Shown one piece after another: positions 1 to 10,810 of a DNA stretch of 46,457 nt (position 1 is the first letter of the stretch; each line of letters starts with the position of its first letter). The stretch spans positions 1 to 46,457 of the forward strand of contig PDIP01000074.1 of assembly GCA_002811645.1 (NCBI GenBank). Direction: 5' to 3'. Below the pieces are notes generated by a model, which had not been told where the DNA came from, did no database searches, and worked only from the letters and a program-made list of their open reading frames with translations. Source of the stretch: Corallochytrium limacisporum Hawaii. Taxonomy: Eukaryota; Protista; Pluriformea. Both the position numbers and the translations under genes were made by a program.

Positions 1-17
1 CCTCACCCTCACCCTCA
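1..17. repeat. (CCCTCA)n hexamer repeat at window start; variant telomere-like repeat or microsatellite
   Basis: Window opens CCTCA CCCTCA CCCTCA, one base off CCCTAA. It could also be the end of a PH/PS-repeat CDS, since both frames stop within a few codons. Confidence 0.5.
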
Positions 18-252
18 ACATGAGTAACTCCTGCAATGGCAAGTCAACTCGCCGTAGGAACAAGGTACCTTGGGTAGTCGTTTCCGCCCGATCTTGATTC
101 ATTGTACTTTTAACCTGATGCGATGACACATGAGTTTTAATTTGACGCCAATAGAAGTGTGTGTTTCAGTAGAAGTGCTGGTTATGCGGCTGGATGTGCT
201 GTTTGGCAATCTGATGACGTGCCATTAGATGGATGGCCACTAGGATGTGACT

Positions 253-1623
253 CTACTCTGTCTGCATGACAATTTGGATTGGCCCAAAGTCGGTGCCCAT
301 TGAGAGCGTTAGGAGACCGGTTGCATCATCGTATTGTCCAGTAGGGTCGTATATGTTCTCCATGGGCCAGTCGTTTTGGAGGTAGAGATCCAAGTCAGTG
401 ACCTCTCCAGTGGGGGTGATAGTCATCTTGAAAATATCGAATTGAGCCCAATGTTGACTCGTTAACATGATTCTGCCAAATCGGATGTATCCGTTTTCAT
501 CACGATAACCAAGCGCTGGTTCAGGCCACATGTCTCTGACGGTAGTACCCCAGAAACGTGACTGGGTGTAGTCAAGTTCAAAGACACTGATATCCTCAGA
601 AATTTCAAAGATTGCGTGTGCGCTCGTCTCCGTCTGCCAGGGGTCATCTTCATCCATGGCCACCACGACGGTGTAGCTGCCTTTGGTGCCGTCTGCCCAG
701 CTGACGAAGTTGCCAGTGGATTCGGGCTGGGCAAGTGCAACATAGCCTGTTTTTGACGTGTCGGACGGATCACTGGTAATCAATATGGTTACGCCTGGGT
801 CCATGACCCATGGTGATGGTTTGTTTAGGTATGACCCATTTTGGTACAGACGAAGCTTGCCTGGTCCGTCCGCAACTACCTTAACTGTGGCACGGTTGGG
901 TGGAGGCGGATAGTTATCTTCAAACCAATTCGCAACCGAGCCGTAGTTGGGTCGAGAGTTCACTGGGTCTAGGAGGTCCGTACGCCAGGCGCCATAGCCG
1001 TAAAATGTTGTTTGCACCGGCAAATATTTATATAAAGTGGAATCCCCGGTCAGCCAGCCGAAAACTGACCTCATGATAACGTTGCCGTACTCGTCGAAGT
1101 CGGCACCGACGGTGAAGTTGGACTTACCACCAAGAGCCCAGTCGTACTCGTAGTATCCGTCTTCGAGGACGGTCGTGTCGTATGAGCTGCGACTATATGT
1201 AAAGGCAACCTTGGTAAATTTAGCATCTGTGACCGTGCCGGTCATGCAGGCTTCTGTGTGCTGCTCGACTGTAAACACCACACCCCAACCATCAGTTCTT
1301 GTAGCCGTCTGCCAAATTTTGGCGCAGCCGTACCCAAGTTCTTCTTGCGCGACCGACTGCCCAGGGTCGGGTATTCTTTCGACAGTGGTTGACACTAGCA
1401 GAGTGTCGCCGTCAGGGGTATGGACAATCTCCGTTGTAATGCCGTCATCGAGTGTGCCCTCCATGGACACCGCGTTGGTCTTATGGACCAGACTCTCTAC
1501 CGTAAGTATGGCCGCCTTGTCAGCGCCGATCTGTCGACTATCTTCGGTAGGCATGCCCTGCACAGCGTCAAGCATGCTGCCGAGGCTAGCAAATAGGAAC
1601 AGAGTTTTTTCAACAAATTTCAT
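253..1623 (-). CDS. Secreted beta-rich protein of unknown function with a probable InlB B-repeat-like module
   Basis: Long ORF. ATG 1623 gives a signal peptide (MKFVEKTLFLFASLGSMLDAVQG); an in-frame upstream ATG exists at 1692. T/G/Y/W-rich composition. Confidence 0.8.
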   Translation of the reverse strand: MKFVEKTLFLFASLGSMLDAVQGMPTEDSRQIGADKAAILTVESLVHKTNAVSMEGTLDDGITTEIVHTPDGDTLLVSTTVERIPDPGQSVAQEELGYGCAKIWQTATRTDGWGVVFTVEQHTEACMTGTVTDAKFTKVAFTYSRSSYDTTVLEDGYYEYDWALGGKSNFTVGADFDEYGNVIMRSVFGWLTGDSTLYKYLPVQTTFYGYGAWRTDLLDPVNSRPNYGSVANWFEDNYPPPPNRATVKVVADGPGKLRLYQNGSYLNKPSPWVMDPGVTILITSDPSDTSKTGYVALAQPESTGNFVSWADGTKGSYTVVVAMDEDDPWQTETSAHAIFEISEDISVFELDYTQSRFWGTTVRDMWPEPALGYRDENGYIRFGRIMLTSQHWAQFDIFKMTITPTGEVTDLDLYLQNDWPMENIYDPTGQYDDATGLLTLSMGTDFGPIQIVMQTE

Positions 1624-2202
1624 CTTGATATTTACGGATGTATAAGGAGAACAGAAAGTGTGGACCTTGATGTGGCGTGATCTGATTCCCATGTTCTCTG
1701 TCGGTGGTTCCCTCTGTCACTTAAATACCTGGAGCCCTCAGGTTTGTAAATCATTGTACGGAGCGCAATTGCCAAATCGAGACTGCTTGTATCAGTCTAG
1801 CAAAATTCCTAGTGGTCAGTATAACCAAGAGCCATTGTCTGCTCTTGGGAGGATATTACCTTCGCTGGGTATTCTTACCACTTTGGAGCATGTTACCACT
1901 TCGGAGATGAAGCCGATTGTGTACCTTAATTTTAAGAGGCGATAGCCTTGTCTTGCTCAGAATTGCTATGATGCCCTAGTGCATCATGTCAGGCTCACAA
2001 TGTTGTTCGCGTAACATGTTGACGCTCATTCTTAGCTTGACAGTGTTTTGTTAACTTTGGTATGGGAACCATTATCTTTAGGCATAAACTCAGGGAAAGT
2101 ATGACACACTTGCTCAGTGCACACATGAAACTCAGCCAAACGTGTCCGTGGCTGGTACTCAAATAATTCTCTTCGACTAGGATAAACGTAAGCGATTTGA
2201 CG

Positions 2203-2707
2203 TGGTATGGACACTAATTTGCAAGCGTCTACGGTGACCAGAGTGGTCCATAAACGGTAATTCTTCCTATGCTAACTCCTAAGAGATCACTCTATGTGAA
2301 CGGGGTGCATCATTGCGTCAACATTTCGAAACCGAAACCTGAATGAAAGGCGTAGTATTTGTAGGAAGACACTGGAAGGAGGCCAAACACCACCCCTTTG
2401 ATAAGCACTGCCGCGGATCTACCAGTGCCAAACGTGCAACGGAAAGCCCGCCATGATGCCGTATGATCCTTCTGAGTTGACAGACTAGTGGGCACAACAC
2501 CACCGACCAGAAGCATGTCAGCAGGATTTTCCTTGCGAAAACGATCGAATAGGATTATTTCAAGTGATCGAAAGATATCAGTGGTATGCTCACTAAATTG
2601 CAATCATCTTCGGTGACCATAGCAGTCTATAACCGTTTGATTCTTCCGATTATGACACCTAAGAGATCACTCTATGTAAACAGGTGGTACCATTGCATCA
2701 CCATTTC
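2203..2707 (+). repeat. Diverged ~125-bp direct repeat (2203-2327 and 2581-2707), probably relic tandem protein domains
   Basis: Both copies share GTGGTATG..CACTAA.TTGCAA...CGGTGACCA...ATTCTTCC...CCTAAGAGATCACTCTATGT.AAC.GG...CATTGC.TCA.CATTTC. Confidence 0.8.
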
Positions 2708-3952
2708 TCCAGCTTTGAATTGAAACATTCTATGTTTGCTTACCCAGGCTTAGGGGATAGGCTGCTGACTTGCTTCTGCTCGGTGGTGAGGTGCCCACTA
2801 TTCTCTCAACCCTGAAGGTTCATGCATTCTTCGTTCATGGGATGGAAAATGTATCGGGCTTTCCGGTGCACGTTTGGCACTGTTAGATGCCCTGAAGTGC
2901 TTATCCAACTAGTGGTGTTTGGCCTCCTTCCTGTGTAAAGACGAATACCATGCCTTTCATTGGGGTCGTACAGGAAAGGAGAAGGAAACCACAGTTCGCT
3001 AGCACCAGTGAAATCTGTCCATATGTTTGTATTTGCTCCGAATTGACGTGTCCCTTCCTTCCGACTATTGAAAGGAAAGGACAAATTCGCAGACTTTCAG
3101 TTGCGACCCAGTGGAAATCCTGCCAGGCTTCGAATTTCCCCAAGGGATCAAAAATAGGGAGCATATCAGTTCCAGGCCAATTCACCTTTTTGTGACTCTG
3201 GGCAAAAGCGAAAAATTGAATTCTCCGCGATTTTGGACTCTCTCACGGTAGAATTGACTTCCGGCTGTCGAACGGGTAAGACGAGAGGGAATCTTGGTTA
3301 TGTAAGCGTCATGAACTCTGACTACGAGTCCCAGCGAAGCGGCGCAACAGCGCGCCCGTCGCCCGACATGAGCCTTACTGATCACAACAGGGTTTGTAAA
3401 AGCAATAATTTTAGTCAAGAAACTGAGCACGTGGTTTTATGGAAGAACTCCGACAAACCAGTTTTTCGCTTTCCGATGGAGATATCGCAGAGAATCCTCC
3501 AGCGGTTCCGCGATCACTAAGAAAGTAGTTCGTACTGAGTACTTTGATTTCTTCATCTGTTCAATAGGGATCGGTAGCACCTATGAATACTTAGATGGAA
3601 CGATATGATTCAGATATGTCGAACACGAGGGACACACAGCACAAGCTAAAGTGCCTGTGCTTGGCAAAGGTATGGAGAACGACGATATGTCCCCAAGGAA
3701 ATAGCTTAGGGAATTGGAAGTGCCTACAGGGACATATCACCGCTAAACGATTGCGTTCCCGAACCTACTTCTGATTAAGTGGACTTCGTAATCATTGTCC
3801 ACGATTCTATGGTCTTCAGTACCATGATCTAAACAATAGTCTAATCGGTAAAGCTTGTATTGTGGTGTCAATTGATGGTACCACGGAGTTGTGCTAATCG
3901 AAAAGCGAGGCGATGACGAGGACTCTACTCAGGTTCAGCTGGTAAATCGGAA

Positions 3953-3965
3953 GGTTAGGGTTAGG
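3953..3965. repeat. Interstitial telomere-type sequence GGTTAGGGTTAGG
   Basis: About two TTAGGG units in an ORF-poor region. Confidence 0.5.
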
Positions 3966-4340
3966 TGGTACATGCGTTTTGCTATCTGAGAAGCGAGAGC
4001 GAGACCTCGGTTTTCCTTCCTTGTCTAAGCACATATTATACCTTGCATATTCACGGCCGTGAATTTGACCTTACAGGGAGCGGAGAAAATTCACTGTCAA
4101 TCCGATGGACTCTCTGGTCAAGGGCATTCCGGCCCATAGTCGAGGACATTTTCCGGAGATCGGATAAGTATTGTGTTCTTTCCTTATAGAGTAATATTGC
4201 CTTCAGGACCGTCTTGTGTCTACCGATCACATGAAATGATTCTAGCCTTCAGCGTGGTCTCGCAGATTCTCGCAATGAAAAGGGAGAAGGTGGGAAGAAA
4301 CTTTTCTCAGGTTCAGGTTGGTTGATCGGAACTGCCTCTT

Positions 4341-5408
4341 TCATCGTATGCGTATGGTGGAGGGAGGTTGGGTGATGCTTGAGATTCGGGCTGCGACTTG
4401 CTTGTCGATGTTTTCGTGTGCTCTGGCGGGGCAGATGTGTTTGGAACTTGGTTATTCACAAAACTTGCTGGTGGTAAGTTGGGTACTCCGTACGCTTCCC
4501 AATGTTTGTTCCAGCTGTTGTAAGGCTTGGGGATCCATCTCCATAACGTTTATCATCTTCTTCCCTAGGTAAGTGATCCGTGCTTGTATGATGGCAAGAG
4601 GGACATCAGTAAGGGGTACACTTTCTGGACCACTGGTGCTTGCGGATAACGCAATTGTTAACTGGCGAGTCACTCTCGTACCATCTATCTCCATAAGTTT
4701 TTGTGGGCCTGAAAGACGCACTGAATTGCCGACTGCTACGAAGTTCAAAGAGACATTGACACCGGCAGGCTTCAATTGTGTGTTTAAAGCGTTGGCGAAC
4801 TCATACATTCCTCGTCGAAGGATTCCCGCGTTTTGTTGCCATTCTGAGTGGCTTCTGTCACAGTCGGAAGGAACGCACGGTGTAACTAGGAAGCAAGATC
4901 AGAATAGCGCGAACGTCCTCGATGTTCCATTACCATGTGCTCGACAATGAAGCTGCCAATATACACTCAGATACACATTAAAGGCATTCATCATGTGCTG
5001 GTAGAATAGGGGGATACTGTATCCTGGAAATGGATCATCCCGTGATTTGGGTTAAAGCCCCCCTGAGTTTGCACCTGCGCTCTGTCGCGGATTAATCCTG
5101 ACGGTGTTAGGCTGAGTCTCCATCAGGTCTGCTGTTACTTTGGCATTGCTAGAGTTTGGACTGGATATGTTTTCAATGAGCATGCGAGTTAACGTCGCTA
5201 CAAAATCATCGCAGACATTGGAGTACGTGTCGTGGATTTCATAGGTGGGGCAATTTCCAGGAAAGTCGTCCTGGCGAGCATCAGAAGACACAGAGAAGAA
5301 AGTAACGCCGTAGGCGTGCATACCATGATACCTGCTGTGGTCGCCAAAGTGATGTCCGCTGTGATGGGCCCCATTTTGACCAAAGTTTGCATACTGTGCA
5401 GAGCGCAA
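4341..5408 (-). pseudogene. Probable decayed gene: one frame of ~1.07 kb broken by three stops
   Basis: ORFs 5052..5408 and 4452..4808 are in the same frame. Manual translation finds stops only at 5054-5052, 4901-4899 and 4454-4452 before the TGA at 4343-4341. No family recognised. Confidence 0.4.
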
Positions 5409-6293
5409 ACTGGGGGTTTGGAACGAGAGGAACCGTTTCGCAACAAATATGGGAATCCAGGTTCCTAGGCACCCAGCTTGACTCCAATGTTGTAGCCACG
5501 ATCAGCGGCGGGTGCGCAACAGAAAAAGGATTCCATCTCGCTCCCCAGCAGATTTACCACTTCCTTTGGTACCAGGTTGTGCAGCCCAAGGCTTTGACCG
5601 AGAGGAATGAGCAGATTTTTCTCTGAAGATCTATCGATAGTTTGTGATGGATGGAGAAAGAAAAATCTTTGCGCACTCAGCCCGGGGCACCGTAGGCCGT
5701 CAACGCCTATTTACTGCTGCATTTCTGCTTTGCACTTGCCATATAAAGTAGGAAAAGCCAAGGGAATCTTGCAATATGACGGGACTCTTAACTATAATAT
5801 ACGGTACGTTTTAAAAATATTGTTAACGAGATAGTCAAGTCATACCATTGTATTACTATTAAAACACATTTACTTATACCCAGATACCTTAATATAACGC
5901 ACTCGGCTTCGAAAATCTTCCCCTGCTGGATTCCTTTTCTCGGGTCAGTCCCGCTCGGTCCCGTGTCCGCGATTTCCGGAGTTCCGAATACTAGAGTCAT
6001 AGATGCACAGAGTCATTCTGCTCCAATGGTCACCGAAAACGGTTGCACACATAAAGCGCCACCTGTGACTCGCTCTCGTTCTTTTGGAGCTTTTGCGCAG
6101 ATGGAAACAACAACATTGGCCCTGTAACATGTGGGTACTTAAAGATCACACAAACTCACACACAACAGGGTACAAGGAGTGGAATGGCAATAGACCAAGT
6201 CAACGCAATAGGCTGATATCAGACATCTTGGCCGTTAAAGAATTCCAAAAAGACAGCAGTTTAGAGACACAGACAGAAACAGAAAAGGAGATA

Positions 6294-6656
6294 ATGCAGA
6301 TCTATTTCGTGATCGTGATTCTGCTGTCCGCTGGGACAGGCACCTTGGTACATGCTGCAACATTGGGCCGCCGTACAGGACAAACGTGCGAACAATGGCT
6401 CGAAACTACTATGTGTGCTGGGATTAATGATGGAGATGTGCAGCCACAAGCCCCTTATCCCAACACTGATGCCAGCAACACTCTTTGTGATTCTATTACT
6501 GAACAAAACTGCAATTCGACTTGCTGCATTAACCGATGGAAATGCTCGAACTATGCGGACTACTGTCCTTCAGGGACCGGCCTCAATGTAGCCAATGCGG
6601 ACCAAATAGTCTCTTTTTACACTGCCGCTGACACATGCTGCATTACATCAACTTAA
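6294..6656 (+). CDS. Small secreted cysteine-rich protein (120 aa, 10 Cys)
   Basis: Signal peptide MQIYFVIVILLSAGTGTLVHA, dibasic RR site, two modules each ending in TCCI. Confidence 0.8.
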   Translation: MQIYFVIVILLSAGTGTLVHAATLGRRTGQTCEQWLETTMCAGINDGDVQPQAPYPNTDASNTLCDSITEQNCNSTCCINRWKCSNYADYCPSGTGLNVANADQIVSFYTAADTCCITST

Positions 6657-7290
6657 AATACATCATGTAGTAGAAGAAACACATCGGTCGTCATAGAAGA
6701 CAGACTAAGAATCTGTTGAGCCTTTTTACAAGAAAGCTTTCGTTTGATCTTCCTGATCGACTGAATGCGTTCCCAGCTAACTGACGGGGAGACACTACCG
6801 TTCCACTTTTCTGTTCACCAAACCCGCCCTTAGGTGAATCTTAATCAGAGGCGACGGATTAACCGTGAGTGAGAGCTGAATTTGCAGAGGCGGACTCATG
6901 AGACCCGCTCCAGTCGTCACCAACACTTCCCTCCTCTATTTTCTCTTGTATTCCCTTCCCTCCGGAACGGGAACCCAGCCTATTCAACCGGGAACTGATG
7001 CCGCCATCTAGAATCAAGATTCCGATTCCGGGCGAAATTAGTCCCGCCGCCCCCCCCCCCGGGGGGTCAGGAGACCGCGGCCTATACAGTTGACTGATTG
7101 AGGAGGGTTTCGGCGAGCAGCGTTCTTTGTGGTTTTATGGACTTTTGTCAACAGGGTCATATCGTCATATCTAAGTGTATTTGACGGCAGTCATCCAGGT
7201 ACAAAATGGTTGGCCAGCATAGATGCAAGTACTGCTCCTGGGATAAGGCGTAGTCACATGTTTAAGTGGTCGCCTGATCTGTTGACAAGT

Positions 7291-8118
7291 ATGGTTTCTA
7301 AAGTGGCGCTTGTGTTCGGTGTGGGTGCTCGACGTGGCCTTGGTGGCGCTATTGCTGCCAAACTGGCCAAAGAATCATTTCATGTTGTTATGGTTGGAAG
7401 GACTGCGGAAAAATTGAAGGATACTCAAACCCAGATTGAAAATTCCGGTGGATCGGCCAGTTGGATCGCGATGAAGTGCATTGGACCCAGTCACGAATTC
7501 CAAATAGCTACTACTGATACCAAATTGATGGAAGAGGAAATAATTTCCGCTTTTAATTCTGCTGCCGATCATGGTAAATTGGAGCTCGTTGTGCAAAATC
7601 ACGGCCCAAACATGTTCCCTCCCACCGGGCCGGACATGCGGAACATGACCCTAGAGTTCAATCAGTACATGTGGGACAACAACTATGCAATCTCGTTCTT
7701 TGTGGGTCGCGAAACTGTACGGAGACTGCTTCCTCCAGAAAATGAGGAAGTAAGTGAACCATGCCAGGTTGGTACGCTGATTTTCACGGGTGCGACGGGC
7801 TCGGTGCGGGGCAAGCCGCCATTTGTGGCGTTCGCGCAGGCGAAGGCAGGGGTGCGAATGCTTGCACAGTCAATGTCACGGGAGTACGGACCAAGAGGCC
7901 TTCACGTTGCTCATGTTATTATTGATGCCGTGATTGCAGGTGAACGCATTGAAAAAGTCATTACCGCCATGCCACAACTTGGCATGACCAAGGAACGGAT
8001 CGACAAAACTGGTATGAATCTTGATGGCGCCGCTGAACTCTTTTATCACCTCCATACTCAACACCCGAATGCTTGGTCACATGAGACCGAGGTTCGGCCG
8101 TATTCAGAGAATTGGTAA
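7291..8118 (+). CDS. Short-chain dehydrogenase/reductase, atypical (FxxxK in place of YxxxK)
   Basis: Rossmann motif VFGVGARRGLGGAIA; FTGATGSVRG..FAQAKAGVRMLAQSMSREYGPRGLHVAHVIID is typical of a widespread bacterial/fungal SDR subgroup. Start placed at ATG 7291. Confidence 0.9.
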   Translation: MVSKVALVFGVGARRGLGGAIAAKLAKESFHVVMVGRTAEKLKDTQTQIENSGGSASWIAMKCIGPSHEFQIATTDTKLMEEEIISAFNSAADHGKLELVVQNHGPNMFPPTGPDMRNMTLEFNQYMWDNNYAISFFVGRETVRRLLPPENEEVSEPCQVGTLIFTGATGSVRGKPPFVAFAQAKAGVRMLAQSMSREYGPRGLHVAHVIIDAVIAGERIEKVITAMPQLGMTKERIDKTGMNLDGAAELFYHLHTQHPNAWSHETEVRPYSENW

Positions 8119-8313
8119 AGAACATCTGTAAACTCAGTCTCAGCCGGTGGAACCGAGTGTGAGCAGCTGCTTCAATGAGAGCATCTGACATGCATGGTGC
8201 AGGTTGTGTGATTCTATCAATGTAGCTCTTTCCTTCTTTGTCAAGTCTGGCATCAATTCCAAACCATTGTCCGATTTCAATGCTTACGAAGATGTCCAAC
8301 TGTACCTTTAATC

Positions 8314-9297
8314 TTAAATTGAGGCCGCAGTTACGCTGTGATTCGCAATAGCACCTCCCTGCATCCCTATATACAGATAGTCATTGCAGATGCCATTGTA
8401 CTCGACGAACGACGCATGCGGGCAGATGTCAAAACTGAGTGGGTAGCCAAGGACAGGGCCGAAATAGTCAAGTTTTGAAAATGAAACAACGTAGTCGCCC
8501 TCATCAGCCACAATATTTGTGAGAACGGAGTTGCAAGTTTGACCTTCGGATTCGACGTATAGGAGGGTCGCTTTGAAAGACCATACCGTGTTATCTGCAG
8601 TTGTTAACTTTGCAGTTAATTCTTGCGTCTTCTTTTCCGGGCACGTAAGTGTTGTGCTATTCCAAGTATACATGTAGTCGCTGTTCGCGTTAGTAATAGT
8701 TGCGTCCTTCAATGAAGGGACGTACATTTCCGCAATGGTATCATTTGACCATGTCAGGCTCAGAGTGGCATTAGGTAAGTCCCACAGGCCGAAGGAAAGG
8801 TACGGGAAGTACTGGTCCTGTTGCTGGCCAGGCGAGTATACCCATGCGCCTTGCATGTCAGCAACATCGATTGAGCCACAAGTGGATTTTTTTGTATAGT
8901 CATCCCCAGTGCAGACCGCAATCTCATCTTCGGACCAAACAACGAAGTCACTGACAAGGTTTGTTGGAGCCAGAATCCGTCCTTCACATTCGCCCGATTC
9001 TGTCGACATGGAATAGTCCATAGAGAAGTGCGCTGTGTACGAAGATGATTGAAGGGACATGTTGTCTGTGCCCTTACAATTCGCAGACGTTTTCGTTGTG
9101 GAGGTAGAAACTTCTGTGTTGTTCAGGAGAGTGTGGGGAAGCGTTGGATTCCACGTCGTTGCGCTCGAAGTGATGTTGATGTTGCCACCACTAGTGTTGG
9201 ACACAGTCAGTGTTGGCTTCGAATCGTCAACGGCTCTGGCCAATGCTGTTCCAGCAAGAGCCAGAGAGAGCATCATTGTATCAATGCTGCGAACCAT
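8314..9297 (-). CDS. Secreted S/T/N-rich glycoprotein of unknown function
   Basis: 327-aa ORF with signal peptide (MMLSLALAGTALA), many N-X-S/T sequons and spaced cysteines. Confidence 0.8.
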   Translation of the reverse strand: MVRSIDTMMLSLALAGTALARAVDDSKPTLTVSNTSGGNINITSSATTWNPTLPHTLLNNTEVSTSTTKTSANCKGTDNMSLQSSSYTAHFSMDYSMSTESGECEGRILAPTNLVSDFVVWSEDEIAVCTGDDYTKKSTCGSIDVADMQGAWVYSPGQQQDQYFPYLSFGLWDLPNATLSLTWSNDTIAEMYVPSLKDATITNANSDYMYTWNSTTLTCPEKKTQELTAKLTTADNTVWSFKATLLYVESEGQTCNSVLTNIVADEGDYVVSFSKLDYFGPVLGYPLSFDICPHASFVEYNGICNDYLYIGMQGGAIANHSVTAASI

Positions 9298-9404
9298 GAT
9301 TTTCCTGAAGAATGATATCAGTTACGTTCTGCCAGAAATATAAGAGTTTCTACGGGTAGCGGATATGCTGTTGGCTATCCCGATCAAAGAATGGTAGTGA
9401 TCTC

Positions 9405-9412
9405 CTTTTATA
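9405..9412 (-). promoter_or_regulatory. TATA box (TATAAAAG) upstream of the secreted-protein gene
   Basis: Perfect TATAWAWR about 110 nt upstream of ATG 9297 on the coding strand. Confidence 0.45.
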
Positions 9413-10373
9413 GGTGATCAATGAGACACGCACTAGTAGCACTCTGGATGCTTTACTTCCCAGGCCGAGGAGTTGATTCGCAGGAACTAAATCCCGTTTG
9501 ATCCTTCTTCTTAAACGCACACCATCCGCTCGAACAAATAAATTGTGACTTCCGCGAGGACCGCCTTACCGTCAATATCTTCCTTCTTTCCCCCCCCCCC
9601 AAGAGGATTCTTAGGTGCACAACCGTGACCCCTCCCTCCCCGCTCCCTCTCCTTCTCCCCCCCCCCCTTGGCATCCGTTCGCATGCCGCGGTTTTGAATA
9701 CTGGGGGTTCCATGTAGTGGGGACCCGGCGGCCTCTCCTGACTGGGCCGCCCCAGTACTCCCAGTACCGCAGCGTGGGCGATTTGTTGTTTTTGTTTAGT
9801 GGCTCTCTAGCCAAGCCACTGTGTACTGGGTCTTTTGCCGCCAGCAGTGAAAAGAGCAATACAAAAAGGGGGCCTACTTTTCCACTGCCCGCTTTGCGCA
9901 TACTGAAAGTACGGGAGGGCGGGTTTCACCTGCGAGCGGTAGTGAATGACCCGTTTGGCTGTGGATCTACGGTACATTGACTACCGCAGGCAAAGAAACG
10001 CACAGCCAAAAGGCACACGGTGGGAGGTGGGGGTGGTGGGGCCTGTGTGCTTATGGCTATGTCTCCCTCCCCAAAACACACACACACACGGAGCTCGGTC
10101 GGCCAGAGCCCGGAAGGGTGTGCACGTATCGGGGTCCGCTTGCTTTGCTTGGGTTCTCGTGATTGCCGTACGGCTGTTGCTAGCGTGATGGTGAAGGCGA
10201 CGAAAGAACTCGCCGTGCGTTTATGCAACCCAATATATTAAGTAATGTAATGTATGGCATGTAATCTGGTATTTACGAGGGCAAGGTTGAGCACTAAACA
10301 AATCAATCAGATTGAAAGGTATTGGGTTGTTTGTGTACCCCAGGGAACCTAGTAGAATAGAAAATTGTACAAG

Positions 10374-10598
10374 ATGGTTGCACGCAGCATCGTATCCCTT
10401 GCCAAGAAGAGCGACAGCAGCTGGAGGGCTGCCGGTATGAACTACCTGAACTACTCCAACGTTGCTGCTGCCGCTGTACGCCGCGGACTCAAGGCTGAGC
10501 ACGCCCCCAAGATGGCCGATCCTGCTCCCTTCAAGATGGTGGTGTACGACGAGAACGGTAACCCCCAGGACAAGAAGACTCTCGGTGAAGAGCAATGA
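10374..10598 (+). CDS. ATP5F1E: Mitochondrial ATP synthase F1 epsilon subunit
   Basis: Signature SWRAAGMNYLNYSNVAAAAVRRGLK; strongly biased codon usage. Confidence 0.92.
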   Translation: MVARSIVSLAKKSDSSWRAAGMNYLNYSNVAAAAVRRGLKAEHAPKMADPAPFKMVVYDENGNPQDKKTLGEEQ

Positions 10599-10810
10599 TT
10601 GAATAAGGAAGCTTGGTAACTAAAGCGAAACGTCGTCGGGTTCAAGTCTTTTGCATTCGGGACAGAATAACATTTTCGAACATATGTCCATAGTAGTAAA
10701 TCTCTAATTTTCAAACAACTGAAATTGCCATTTCCTATCTGTGCAGAAACCAAGCACACAACCATTTGGGTCATGTGTGCTTTTTCTAATGTACTTTATT
10801 CACACATGTT

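Noticed and set aside
5788-5806. TAACTATAATATACGGT resembling the LSU rRNA I-CeuI site
   Set aside because: Only a partial match with no flanking rRNA similarity.
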